Shown in pieces: positions 17,494 to 27,173 of a DNA stretch of 34,050 nt; the stretch's first letter is position 1; each line of letters begins with the position of its first letter. A program made the translations under genes and the position numbers. The notes under the pieces were generated by a model. It searched no databases. It saw only the letters and a list, made by a program, of their open reading frames with translations, and had not been told where the DNA came from. Source of the DNA: Eubacteriales bacterium (GTDB lineage Bacteria; Bacillota; Clostridia; Oscillospirales; CAG-272); assembly GCA_045536665.1 (NCBI GenBank), contig JAZSNX010000088.1:1-34050 (forward strand). The letters run 5' to 3'.

Positions 17494-19053
17494 ATGCATC
17501 AGGCATTATACAGAAAATGGCGTCCGCAGACATTTGATGACGTGTGCGGGCAGGAGCATATCACCTCAATTCTTAAATACGAAACCCTAAACAATAAGTT
17601 CTCACACGCGTATTTGTTTTGCGGCTCACGCGGAACGGGAAAGACGACCTGCGCAAAGATACTCGCCAAGGCTGTCAACTGTGAATCTCCCGTGAACGGT
17701 AGTCCGTGTAATAAATGTGCCTCATGCCTTGCGATAGACAGTGGGGCAGCAACTGACGTGCTTGAGATGGACGCCGCTTCAAATAACGGCGTTGACGATA
17801 TTAGAGATATCAGAGACGAGGTCGTTTATATGCCTACGGCTCTTAAGTATCGCGTTTATATCGTTGACGAGGTCCATATGCTCAGCGGAAGTGCGTTCAA
17901 TGCTTTGCTGAAAACACTTGAAGAGCCGCCCTCACATGTTGTGTTCGTCCTTGCGACAACGGAGCTTCATAAGCTTCCCGCAACTATAATATCACGCTGT
18001 CAGAGATTTGATTTTCGCAGAATATCAACAGAAGTTCTTATGGATAGACTTGCGTATATTGCGGATAATGAGGGTATTGAGTATGAACGAGACGCTCTGC
18101 GAGTGATCGCCAAGATAGCGCAGGGAGGAATGAGAGATGCTATAAGCTTGCTTGAGCTTTGCGCGGGGACACGCGCAAAAGTGGACCTTGCTGTAGTTAA
18201 TGAGACACTTGGAGCAGGTGATAGGGACAGTATAGAAAACACGGTCAGAGCAATAGCAAAAGGCAATTATGACGCAATATTCGCAACCGTAAACGATGTA
18301 ATAAGCTCATCAAAGGATATAACAGTATTTTGGCAGGATCTTGCGGCATATTATAGAGATATGCTCGTGATGAAGACCACCGCCACCGCGCAACGGTATC
18401 TTGATCTGACCGATAATGAGAGTGAGCAGCTCAAGAGCACTTGCTCTTTGTTCACCAAGGAAACCTTGCTATGGCATTGTAAGGTAATAGACGAAGCCTA
18501 TCACGTGATGAAGAGATCCGGCGGCGCTAAGAGGATCGTTGCCGAGATGGCGCTTATAAGAATAAGCGACGCAGCGCTCGATACATCGGTAGACGCGCTT
18601 ATGTCAAGAATATCAAAGCTTGAAAACGCATTGGCGTCAGGCGCTTATGATAAAGTCTCCACAAGAGATAGTATAAGCACCTCTGAGACAAAGGCAGAGC
18701 AAACGCCAAGTGATACATCGCAAAGCATACCCGAGCAACATAGCGTTGACGAGATGCCTTCACTCAAGGTCCTTAGAGGATGGAATGAAATTGCCGAGAA
18801 AGCAGCGGCAGGAGATATGTCGTTGCTTCCATTTCTAAATATGGCAAGAGCGTTTTCTGACGGTAGCGGAAAAATATACGTTAAGTATCCCAACTCATTT
18901 GTAAAGGATATGGTAGATAGCGCGAGTGTTGAGGACGCAATACTCGCTGCTATACGACTTGAGCTCAAGAATGATATCACACGGGACAAGCTTGTTTTCG
19001 GTATTCTTGAGGACGGCGAGGAGCTTGACGAATTTGAAGATATGATTATTTAA
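17494..19053 (+). CDS. dnaX: DNA polymerase III subunit gamma/tau
   Basis: N-terminus YRKWRPQTFDDVCGQEHI and Walker A GSRGTGKTT. Zinc module CESPVNGSPCNKCASC, DEVHML Walker B, and SRCQRFDF sensor motif are all present. Confidence 0.97.
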   Translation: MHQALYRKWRPQTFDDVCGQEHITSILKYETLNNKFSHAYLFCGSRGTGKTTCAKILAKAVNCESPVNGSPCNKCASCLAIDSGAATDVLEMDAASNNGVDDIRDIRDEVVYMPTALKYRVYIVDEVHMLSGSAFNALLKTLEEPPSHVVFVLATTELHKLPATIISRCQRFDFRRISTEVLMDRLAYIADNEGIEYERDALRVIAKIAQGGMRDAISLLELCAGTRAKVDLAVVNETLGAGDRDSIENTVRAIAKGNYDAIFATVNDVISSSKDITVFWQDLAAYYRDMLVMKTTATAQRYLDLTDNESEQLKSTCSLFTKETLLWHCKVIDEAYHVMKRSGGAKRIVAEMALIRISDAALDTSVDALMSRISKLENALASGAYDKVSTRDSISTSETKAEQTPSDTSQSIPEQHSVDEMPSLKVLRGWNEIAEKAAAGDMSLLPFLNMARAFSDGSGKIYVKYPNSFVKDMVDSASVEDAILAAIRLELKNDITRDKLVFGILEDGEELDEFEDMII

Positions 19054-19071
19054 AATTAAGGAGATAAAATT

Positions 19072-19419
19072 ATGAGAGCAAATATCCCGAAGGGAATGGG
19101 CGGCGGCCCTCAGAATATGAACGCGATGATAAAACAGGCACAGAAAATGCAGGAGGATATGGCTGCGCTTCAGGAGGAGCTTGACGCGCGCGAGTATGAT
19201 ATTTCCGCGGGTGGCGGTGTCGTAGGTGTCAAGATAAACGGAAAGAAAGAGATACTGTCAATCGATATCCAGCCCGAAATAGTAGATCCTGATGATATTG
19301 AAACACTTTCCGATATTCTCGTCGCGGCTGTCAATGAGGCTATAAAGAGAGTTGACGATACCAATAACGCCGAAATGTCAAAGATAACGGGTAGCGTAGG
19401 CTTCCCTGGAATGTTCTGA
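19072..19419 (+). CDS. ybaB: YbaB/EbfC family nucleoid-associated protein
   Basis: 115 aa with the typical MIKQAQKMQEDMAALQEEL...GGGVVGVKINGKKEILSIDIQPEIVDPDD pattern. The gene sits in the conserved position between dnaX and recR. Confidence 0.93.
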   Translation: MRANIPKGMGGGPQNMNAMIKQAQKMQEDMAALQEELDAREYDISAGGGVVGVKINGKKEILSIDIQPEIVDPDDIETLSDILVAAVNEAIKRVDDTNNAEMSKITGSVGFPGMF

Positions 19420-19420
19420 T

Positions 19421-20020
19421 ATGACGGATTATATTGAGTCGCTTCAAAGACTCTCGGAGCAATTTTCAAAGCTTCAAGGCGTAGGTCGAAAGAGCGCTAT
19501 GAGAATGGCATTTTCGCTTATCGAGCTTGATGATGACTCCGCTGAGGAGTTTGCTCAGGCTATTATCGATGCGAAAAGAATGATACATAGATGTCCTGTG
19601 TGCGGAAATCTTACCGACAAGGACGAGTGCTACGTATGCTCAGACCTTTCAAGAGACACCAGTGTGATTTGCGTTGTTGAGGACGTTAAGGCTCTTATGT
19701 CGATAGAGAAGGTCAGAGAGTACAAGGGCGTATATCATGTTCTTCATGGAGCTATATCTCCCGTTAATGGGATCACTCCCGATAAGATACGTATCAAGGA
19801 GCTTATCGAGCGTGTTGGAAACGGAGATGTTAGCGAGGTCATCGTTGCGACTAATCCCACACAGGACGGTGAGGTTACGGCAATGTATATCTCTAAGTAT
19901 CTGAAGCCACTCGGAGTAAAGGTCACAAGACTTGCTTACGGTATTCCCGTAGGTTCTGATCTCGAATATGCCGATGTGGTAACACTTGGCAGAGCTATTG
20001 AGGGCAGACGAGACGTTTGA
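19421..20020 (+). CDS. recR: Recombination protein RecR
   Basis: HhH N-terminus LPGVG-like (LQGVGRKSAMRMAF), C4 zinc finger CPVCGNLTDKDECYVC, and a Toprim domain. The start lies 1 nt after the ybaB stop. Confidence 0.96.
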   Translation: MTDYIESLQRLSEQFSKLQGVGRKSAMRMAFSLIELDDDSAEEFAQAIIDAKRMIHRCPVCGNLTDKDECYVCSDLSRDTSVICVVEDVKALMSIEKVREYKGVYHVLHGAISPVNGITPDKIRIKELIERVGNGDVSEVIVATNPTQDGEVTAMYISKYLKPLGVKVTRLAYGIPVGSDLEYADVVTLGRAIEGRRDV

Positions 20021-20030
20021 TCCGCATAAT

Positions 20031-20062
20031 AAAAGCAGACGGTTTTATCCGTCTGCTTTTTT
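20031..20062 (+). terminator. Intrinsic terminator after recR
   Basis: GCAGACGG (20035-20042) pairs with CCGTCTGC (20049-20056). A T6 tract follows. Confidence 0.85.
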
Positions 20063-20099
20063 GCATATATTATCTTAAAAAACTTACTGGAGGAGCATT

Positions 20100-21278
20100 A
20101 TGCAAGCTAAACGGATAAAAGCGAGACGTACAAAGATGATTGCTATTATCATATCAATTGCGATTGTCGGTTGTGTATTAGGGATTTACGCAAGCGGTGC
20201 GGAGCAACAGGTATATCCAAGCCTAAACCTCGATTGCAAGTCTGCTGTACTGATGGAAGCACAAACTGGAAAGATATTGTATGCAAATAATGAAAATGAA
20301 GCGTTGCCGCCCGCATCGGTTACAAAGGTTATGACGTTACTTTTGATAATGGAAGCCATTGAGAGCAAAAAAATATCGCTGACGGATATGGTGTCCGCAA
20401 GCGAGCACGCTTGTTCGATGGGAGGCTCTCAAATATATTTAGAGCCGGGCGAGCAGATGTCAGTTGAGGAGCTCTTGAAAAGTGTAGTCATTGCTTCGGC
20501 TAATGACGCCGCCGTTACACTTGCGGAGTACGTTGCTGGTACAGAGGAAGCATTTGTGGAGATGATGAATAAAAAAGCTGCAGAGCTTGGAATGAAGAAT
20601 ACAAATTTTGAGAATACGAACGGTCTTGACGACACGACTCAAAATCACGTTACGTCAGCTATGGATATTGCTATAATGTCGCGTGAGTTGATCAAACATC
20701 CTAAAATAACGGAATACAGCAGCATATGGATGGATACGGTTAGAAACGGTGAGTTCGGGTTGACGAACACAAATAGGCTTATAAGGTTCTATAAAGGCGC
20801 TACTGGGCTGAAAACAGGGTCTACGTCAAAGGCAGGCTTTTGCATTACCGCAACTGCGGAACGTGACGGAATGACACTTATTGCCGTTATAATGGCATCG
20901 CCAAGCCGAGATACGAGAAACGCGGCGGCGGTGTCGCTATTGAATTACGGATTCTCAAATTATGCGATATATCGTGACGCTGAGTGCGAGAGTGAAGCGG
21001 TGAATGTCATAAACGGAGTGGAGAGTAGGTGTTCAACGCTTAAAGAGTCTTTTGTCGCCGTTATACCGAAATCAAGCGTAGGTCAAGTAGAAAAAGTATG
21101 TGAGATCACGCAAAGCTTGAATGCACCTGTCGAGAGAGGCCAACAAGTCGGTAAAGTGACTTATCGCATAAATAATGAGGAGCTCGGATGCGCGAGAGTT
21201 ATTGCAAATAAAAGCGTAGAGCGTATGGATGTGCTGGATATTTTCATAAGAGTTATTGCAAAAATGTCTTTAAAATAG
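20100..21278 (+). CDS. Serine-type D-alanyl-D-alanine carboxypeptidase (PBP5/DacB/DacF family)
   Basis: N-terminal signal or TM segment. SxxK (SVTK), SxN (SAN in VIASANDAAV) and KTG (LKTGST) motifs are present, along with a C-terminal PBP5_C-like domain. Confidence 0.9.
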   Translation: MQAKRIKARRTKMIAIIISIAIVGCVLGIYASGAEQQVYPSLNLDCKSAVLMEAQTGKILYANNENEALPPASVTKVMTLLLIMEAIESKKISLTDMVSASEHACSMGGSQIYLEPGEQMSVEELLKSVVIASANDAAVTLAEYVAGTEEAFVEMMNKKAAELGMKNTNFENTNGLDDTTQNHVTSAMDIAIMSRELIKHPKITEYSSIWMDTVRNGEFGLTNTNRLIRFYKGATGLKTGSTSKAGFCITATAERDGMTLIAVIMASPSRDTRNAAAVSLLNYGFSNYAIYRDAECESEAVNVINGVESRCSTLKESFVAVIPKSSVGQVEKVCEITQSLNAPVERGQQVGKVTYRINNEELGCARVIANKSVERMDVLDIFIRVIAKMSLK

Positions 21279-21428
21279 CTCTGATATGCTGTTGTTGATC
21301 AAAAATCGAAAATAATATAAAACAACCGCAAATTGTTACAAAAATATCACAAATTATTATTAAATATATTCAATTTATGTTATATAATATAATCCTACGT
21401 TTTTATAGTTAGATAGTGAGGGACAAAA

Positions 21429-22769
21429 ATGACGTTAGAATTGAATGATAAGTACATCAGATCTTTTGTTAAGGACGAAGAGCTCAAGACTATTCAGAGC
21501 GAGATCACAGATGCTCATAACAAGCTTCTCGAGGGAACAGGTGCGGGAAATGCGTTTCTCGGCTGGACTACGCTTCCCAATGACTACGACAAAGAGGAAT
21601 TTGAGAGGATCAAAAAAGCAAGCGAAAGAATAAAGAAAAGCTGTGACGTATTCGTTGTTATTGGTATCGGCGGCTCTTATCTTGGCGCACGCGCTGTCAT
21701 TGAATTTATTAAGTCACCTCTTTATAATAATCTTAAGAAGGACACTCCCGATATTTATTTTTCGGGTTGTAATATAAGCGCTCAGTCGCTTAATGAGCTT
21801 CTTTCTATTTGCGAGGGTAAGGACGTTTGTATAAACGTTATTTCAAAGTCGGGAACAACTACCGAGCCTGCTGTCGCTTTCCGTGTTTTGCGTGCGCTTC
21901 TTGAAAAGAAGTACGGCAAGGACGGTGCGAAAGAAAGAATATTCGTTACTACCGACAAGGCAAAGGGAACACTTAAAAAGTTCGCCGATGAGGAAGGCTA
22001 TGAGACGTTTGTCGTGCCCGACAACGTTGGCGGACGCTTCTCGGTGCTCACTGCAGTAGGACTTCTTCCTATCGCTGTCGCGGGTATTGATATTGATATG
22101 CTTATGAAGGGCGCATCCGATGCCGCAAAGGATTGCATGGCAACAGCTGATATTGAAAAGAACCCCTGTATGAAGTACGTAGCGCTCAGAAATCTTATGT
22201 ATAGAAATGGTAAGGCTCTTGAGGTAATGGTAAGCTACGAGCCTTATGCCGCTATGTTCAACGAGTGGTGGAAGCAGCTTTACGGCGAGAGTGAGGGTAA
22301 GGACGGAAAGGGTATTTTCCCGTCATCAGTAATATTCTCAACAGATCTTCATTCTCTCGGTCAGATACTTCAGGACGGTCAGAGAAACCTCTTCGAGACT
22401 GTCGTTACGGTTAAGCAGCCTGCTTCAAGGCTTGAGATACCTTATGATGAGGCAAACGTTGACGGACTTAACTTCCTTGCGGGAGTTGATCTTAACGACG
22501 TAAATAAGATGGCTATGAAGGGAACTATCCTTGCGCACATCGACGGAAACGCTCCAAATATTCTCATCGAGCTTGAGGATAAGAGTGAGCACTCCCTTGG
22601 ATATCTTCTCTATTTCTTCGAGTTTGGATGTGGAGTTTCGGGATACGTGCTTGGCGTAAATCCCTTTGACCAGCCCGGAGTTGAGGCATACAAAAAGAAT
22701 ATGTTTGCGCTTCTTGGAAAGCCCGGATACGAGGATCAGAAGAAGGCGCTTGAGGAAAGATTAAAATAA
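21429..22769 (+). CDS. pgi: Glucose-6-phosphate isomerase
   Basis: Firmicute-type Pgi of about 446 aa. Motifs include [32 protein letters not shown] and QLYGESEGK. Confidence 0.96.
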   Translation: MTLELNDKYIRSFVKDEELKTIQSEITDAHNKLLEGTGAGNAFLGWTTLPNDYDKEEFERIKKASERIKKSCDVFVVIGIGGSYLGARAVIEFIKSPLYNNLKKDTPDIYFSGCNISAQSLNELLSICEGKDVCINVISKSGTTTEPAVAFRVLRALLEKKYGKDGAKERIFVTTDKAKGTLKKFADEEGYETFVVPDNVGGRFSVLTAVGLLPIAVAGIDIDMLMKGASDAAKDCMATADIEKNPCMKYVALRNLMYRNGKALEVMVSYEPYAAMFNEWWKQLYGESEGKDGKGIFPSSVIFSTDLHSLGQILQDGQRNLFETVVTVKQPASRLEIPYDEANVDGLNFLAGVDLNDVNKMAMKGTILAHIDGNAPNILIELEDKSEHSLGYLLYFFEFGCGVSGYVLGVNPFDQPGVEAYKKNMFALLGKPGYEDQKKALEERLK

Positions 22770-22791
22770 TTATCTTTTTTTCAAATAACCC

Positions 22792-22820
22792 TTGCAAAAA
22801 TCTGCTTTATTTGTTATAAT
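22792..22820 (+). promoter_or_regulatory. Sigma-A promoter (TTGCAA, 17 nt spacer, TGtTATAAT) for the mini P-loop gene
   Basis: TTGCAA at 22792-22797 and TATAAT at 22815-22820 with a 17-nt spacer. A TGn extension lies at 22812-22814. Confidence 0.7.
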
Positions 22821-22866
22821 ATATTTAAGCAGTAAATAACTGCAATAAATTTATCGGAGGTCCGGA

Positions 22867-23274
22867 ATGTTAAAATTGATTATCGGTGTAAAAGGCACGG
22901 GTAAAACCAAAAATCTTATCAACTTGGTAAATACCGCATCAGAAAACTCCCACGGCGATGTAGTTTGTATCGAAAAGGGTACGAAGCTCCGTTATGATGT
23001 AAAGTATACAGCAAGACTTATTGATACTAATGAATATTACGTAACCGATGCGCAGTCGTTGTACGGCTTTATCGCAGGTATATTGGCAAGCAATCATGAC
23101 GTTACCGATCTTTTTGTAGATTCTGCGCTTAAGATCTGCGAGAATGATCTCGCTGCTTTCGATGTGTTTGTTGAAGAGATCAACACACTTGCCGCAAAGC
23201 TCAATGTTAAGGTAACGATGACTTCTTCTATTCCCGCGGAGGAAGCAAGCGATACTGTTAAGAAGTATCTCTAA
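22867..23274 (+). CDS. Small (135 aa) P-loop NTPase-like protein of unknown function
   Basis: Walker A GVKGTGKT near the N-terminus and a Walker-B-like hhhhD (DLFVDS). GGAGG RBS upstream. The gene has its own promoter and a downstream hairpin. Confidence 0.65.
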   Translation: MLKLIIGVKGTGKTKNLINLVNTASENSHGDVVCIEKGTKLRYDVKYTARLIDTNEYYVTDAQSLYGFIAGILASNHDVTDLFVDSALKICENDLAAFDVFVEEINTLAAKLNVKVTMTSSIPAEEASDTVKKYL

Positions 23275-23295
23275 TTTAAATTACACAATCAACAT

Positions 23296-23328
23296 AAAGC
23301 CTTCGGTCAATGTACCGAAGGCTTTGTT
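23296..23328 (+). terminator. Hairpin (probable terminator or attenuator) between the P-loop gene and topB
   Basis: Perfect 12-bp stem: AAAGCCTTCGGT (23296-23307) pairs with ACCGAAGGCTTT (23314-23325). The trailing T-tract (TTTGTT) is short. Confidence 0.55.
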
Positions 23329-23344
23329 CGAATATGGAGGTAAG

Positions 23345-25462
23345 ATGGTACTTATTATCGCCGAGAAGCCCAGTCTTGGTAGAAATATAGCGGCCGGCAT
23401 AGGCGATTTTAAGCGTAGAGACGGTTATCTTGAGGGCAAGGATTGTCTCATTAGCTGGGCTTTTGGCCATTTATTCTCGCTTGCGGATATAGAGCATTAT
23501 AATCCAAGATCCGACGGTAAGACGGGGTGGACAATGGAAAATCTGCCGTGTCTTCCAAACAGCTTTGATTATGAGCTGCGCAAGGAAAAAGGCGGAGAAG
23601 TTGATAGTGGGATTCTTAAACAATTTAAGATCATAGAGACGCTTTGTAACAGAGACGACGTTGACGTGATAGTAAACGCAGGAGACGCAGACCGCGAGGG
23701 CGAGATAATAGTTCGAAACTGCATAGCGCACGCTTTAAAGACACCAAAAACAGTAAAGCGTTTATGGTTGCCTGATCAGACTAAGGAGACAGTTCTTGCG
23801 TCCTTCAATGATATGAAAGACGACGCTGAATACGACAATCTTGCTAACGAGGGATATGCGAGAACTTATATCGATTGGCTTTATGGCGTAAATCTCACAA
23901 GATACGCTACCTTGCGAACGGGAACTCTTTTGCGCGTGGGACGTGTCATCGTACCTATTGTAAAAGCAATATATGACAGAGATATGGCTATAAAAAATTT
24001 TGTTCCCGAAAAGTATTATTCTATTGCGAGTAAGGCGGAGACTAATGGTCAGACTGTCGAGCTTCAAAGCAAGCTGAGATTTACCGCCGATCAATATGGA
24101 GCAGCAGAGGCAAAATGTAGGGAATATAACGCCTGCGAAGCGACGGTCACGTCGTTAAAGAGAAAAAAGGACACATTGTCCTGTGGAAAGCTATATTCAC
24201 TTTCTAAGCTTCAGAATGTTCTTGGCAAAAAGTATAAGATGTCAATGGCGCAAAGCCTTGAGATAGTTCAAAAGCTTTACGAGGAAGGATATCTCACCTA
24301 TCCTCGTACAAACTCAGAGTATCTCGCAACCGCGGAAAAGGGCAAGGTAAAAAAGATACTGGAGAATTGTCAAAAGCTCGGATATCCGGTAGCGTTCAAG
24401 GATAAAAAAACTATATTTGACGACAGCAAGATAGAATCGCATTCAGCTATTACGCCAACTTATAAGATTCCGGATAAGAATCGCTTAAGTGAAACGGAGA
24501 TGCAGGTGTATTCGACCGTTTTTCGCAGATTTGTGGCGGTATTTTGCGCTGAGGACTGTGTTGTTGAGCGTGTTGAGATGATAGTAAGCGTTGGAAGTCT
24601 TGAGGATTTTGTGCTTAAGGGACTTACCATAAAAGAGAAGGGCTGGACAAAGTACGACGACAGTACTCAAAAGGATAAGATATTGCCCGACCTGCAAAAG
24701 GGAGATAACGTGTGTATCGATTTCAAGCCACTTGAAAAAGAGACAACACCGCCCAAGCACTATACCATAGAGACCCTTAATAACTATTTAAAAAATCCGT
24801 TCAGAGAGGAAAAGGCGGCTGTTGATGATACGATGGGCGCTGATGATGCAGAGGAATACCGCGCTATGCTTGAGGGCGTTGAGCTTGGTACTGAGGCAAC
24901 CCGTACCGGAATTATCGACAACGCGAGGAAGAGCGGATACATACAGCTTAAAAAGGATGTATATACTATACTTCCCGATGGAATATATATGATAGAGTCG
25001 CTCTCAAGGCTCAATATCAATATGGACAAGTTCAAGACATCGGAAATGGGCAAGGCTCTCAAGAGGGTCTTTAAAAACGAGATGGCTGTTTGTGACAGTG
25101 TTGAGATGGCAAAGAATGAGATAAGGCAGTATTTTGAGCTTAGAGAAGCAGCGATCGAGGATGATACCGACACAGGCTTTTTCGGTGACGTAGTTGGCGT
25201 ATGTCCATTATGCGGAGATCAGGTCAAACGTGGAAAATACGGATACGGATGTATGGGATATAAGAAGGGCTGTGGATTTAGAGTAGGCTCGTTTATTTGC
25301 GGAAGGGCTATATCTATATCAAATGTTAAGCTTTTGCTTGAGAATGGACGCACCTCTAAAATACGGGGATTTATATCAAAGCAGGGAAAGAGCTTTGACG
25401 CTCATCTTAAACTGTCGGACGGAAGATGCGTGTTTGATTTTGATGATACGATACATAATTAA
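23345..25462 (+). CDS. topB: DNA topoisomerase III
   Basis: Toprim IIAEKPS and DADREGE motifs, and active-site region GYLTYPRTNSEYL. C-terminal zinc-ribbon region CPLCGDQVKRGKYGYGCMGYKKGCGF. I prefer the ATG at 23345 (GGAGG at 23336-23340) to the TTG at 23324, which lies inside the hairpin. Confidence 0.93.
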   Translation: MVLIIAEKPSLGRNIAAGIGDFKRRDGYLEGKDCLISWAFGHLFSLADIEHYNPRSDGKTGWTMENLPCLPNSFDYELRKEKGGEVDSGILKQFKIIETLCNRDDVDVIVNAGDADREGEIIVRNCIAHALKTPKTVKRLWLPDQTKETVLASFNDMKDDAEYDNLANEGYARTYIDWLYGVNLTRYATLRTGTLLRVGRVIVPIVKAIYDRDMAIKNFVPEKYYSIASKAETNGQTVELQSKLRFTADQYGAAEAKCREYNACEATVTSLKRKKDTLSCGKLYSLSKLQNVLGKKYKMSMAQSLEIVQKLYEEGYLTYPRTNSEYLATAEKGKVKKILENCQKLGYPVAFKDKKTIFDDSKIESHSAITPTYKIPDKNRLSETEMQVYSTVFRRFVAVFCAEDCVVERVEMIVSVGSLEDFVLKGLTIKEKGWTKYDDSTQKDKILPDLQKGDNVCIDFKPLEKETTPPKHYTIETLNNYLKNPFREEKAAVDDTMGADDAEEYRAMLEGVELGTEATRTGIIDNARKSGYIQLKKDVYTILPDGIYMIESLSRLNINMDKFKTSEMGKALKRVFKNEMAVCDSVEMAKNEIRQYFELREAAIEDDTDTGFFGDVVGVCPLCGDQVKRGKYGYGCMGYKKGCGFRVGSFICGRAISISNVKLLLENGRTSKIRGFISKQGKSFDAHLKLSDGRCVFDFDDTIHN

Positions 25463-25479
25463 ATCTATAGGAGAACGAT

Positions 25480-27132
25480 ATGAAAAAAACAGTTAGAATT
25501 TTGTTGTCCGCTATAATAACGCTTATTATAGCCGCGGTGGGCTTTTACGTTTGGCTTCCCGCAATAAACGTATATAATCAGGAATTTTGGATATTCCTTG
25601 CGATGATCATAGTTGCGTTTACGGCAATATACATTTTACTTGGCATAAAGAGAATGATAAATTTCAAGGTAAACAAGGAAACGCTAAAGGGTGGCGGCAT
25701 AAAGATATTTTTAGTGGCGTTGGCAGTACCGATAGTTGTTTTGATCGTTGGTAATCTTATTTCCTCAACCTTTTTCAATGCTTCCAAGTATTCGCAGATA
25801 ATCGAGGTCAAGGAGGCTGTGTTTGAGGAGGATATGCCAGAAACAGGACTGGTTACAAACATCGCGCTTATGGACTCCGAATCGGCGAGAATCCTTGGAG
25901 ACAGAAAGCTTGGAGCGCTTTCTGAGGTGGTTTCTCAGTATCAGGTTGGTACGAGCTATTCACAGATAAACTACAAAGGAGCACCTCAAAAGGTAGCTAA
26001 TCTTGAATACGTTGATTTCTTCAAGTGGCTCAATAATAGAGATAGCGGAGTTCCCGGATACGTTATGGTAGATCCCGTAAACAGCTCCGCAGAGTATGTG
26101 TCACTGTCATCTTCTATGAAATACGTTGATAGCGCATATTTTTCAGAGGATCTTCATAGAGCTCTGCGTTTCTCATATCCTACTAAGATATTCGGCAACT
26201 ATTCCTTTGAGATCGATGAAGCGGGAAATCCGTATTATGTTGTCGCCTGTATGTCACCAAAGGTCGGAATGTTCGGCGCGATGGACGTGGCAGAGGTCAT
26301 CGTCTTTGATCCCTGTGACGGTACTCATACGCTGTATGGGCTTTCCGAGACACCCTCGTGGATCGATAATGTATTTACAGGTCAGCTTGCCTCTCAGAAA
26401 TACGATTGGTACGGAACGCTTAAGAACGGATTTTGGAATAGCGTTATAGGAAACAAGGATTGTAAGGTAACTACCGATGATTTTGGATATATCGTTATTG
26501 AGGATGATGTTTGGTTCTTTACAGGCGTAACGTCGGTCAGCAGCGACGAGAGTAATATAGGATTTATCATAAGCAACGCGAGGACGGGTGAATACAAGTT
26601 CTATCCCGTTATCGGTGCAGAGGAGTATTCCGCAATGATGGCAGCCGAGGGCGAGGTACAGGAAAAGGGATATGTTGCGTCATTCCCGTCGCTTATAAAT
26701 GCGGCAGGCGAGGCTACGTATATTATGGTCCTCAAGGACAACGGCGGTCTTGTAAAGCTTTATGCGCTTGTCAATGTGGAAAATTACAGCATTGTTGCTA
26801 CAGGCTCTACTCAGGCAGAGGCTAAGCAGGCTTATATTGATCTGTTGCTTGCTGAGGGCATAATTAAGGAGGACGATAATAAAGACAATGCCTCTAATGT
26901 GCCAACAGCCAAGGAAACGACGATAGTTGTCGAAAAGATAACCATCGCGGCGGTCGGTGGGAACTCAGTCGTATATATTAATGGTGACGACGGTAATATT
27001 TATAAGAAAGGATTGTCCGAGGACGAGACTTTGCTTCTTATAAAGGAAACCAATTCTATAAAGATAAGCTACTTTGATATTGAGGGTAGCGAAAAGATAA
27101 AGCAACTGAACAGCTGGGGTATAAGCGAATAA
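25480..27132 (+). CDS. Membrane-anchored protein of unknown function (three N-terminal TM helices plus a soluble domain of about 450 aa)
   Basis: 550-aa ORF with a GGAGA RBS, starting 17 nt after the topB stop with no intervening terminator. I recognise no catalytic motif. Confidence 0.7.
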   Translation: MKKTVRILLSAIITLIIAAVGFYVWLPAINVYNQEFWIFLAMIIVAFTAIYILLGIKRMINFKVNKETLKGGGIKIFLVALAVPIVVLIVGNLISSTFFNASKYSQIIEVKEAVFEEDMPETGLVTNIALMDSESARILGDRKLGALSEVVSQYQVGTSYSQINYKGAPQKVANLEYVDFFKWLNNRDSGVPGYVMVDPVNSSAEYVSLSSSMKYVDSAYFSEDLHRALRFSYPTKIFGNYSFEIDEAGNPYYVVACMSPKVGMFGAMDVAEVIVFDPCDGTHTLYGLSETPSWIDNVFTGQLASQKYDWYGTLKNGFWNSVIGNKDCKVTTDDFGYIVIEDDVWFFTGVTSVSSDESNIGFIISNARTGEYKFYPVIGAEEYSAMMAAEGEVQEKGYVASFPSLINAAGEATYIMVLKDNGGLVKLYALVNVENYSIVATGSTQAEAKQAYIDLLLAEGIIKEDDNKDNASNVPTAKETTIVVEKITIAAVGGNSVVYINGDDGNIYKKGLSEDETLLLIKETNSIKISYFDIEGSEKIKQLNSWGISE

Positions 27133-27172
27133 AAAAGATTGCCATTGACGAAGGTCAATGGCAATCTTTTTT
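27133..27172. terminator. Bidirectional intrinsic terminator between convergent genes
   Basis: 13-bp stem: GATTGCCATTGAC (27137-27149) pairs with GTCAATGGCAATC (27154-27166) around a GAAG loop. The stem is flanked by A6 and T6 tracts. Confidence 0.9.
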
Positions 27173-27173
27173 G

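Noticed and set aside
17000-17537. ORFs 17000-17263(-), 17118-17345(-) and 17289-17537(+)
   Set aside because: They cover the SRP RNA gene and its promoter. The region is better explained as a structured ncRNA with a conserved domain IV motif and long-range 5'/3' pairing.
17494-19053. Programmed ribosomal frameshift site in dnaX (the gamma/tau mechanism known from E. coli)
   Set aside because: I saw no A-AAA-AAG-type slippery heptamer with a downstream hairpin in the gene. Firmicute dnaX genes generally lack this mechanism.
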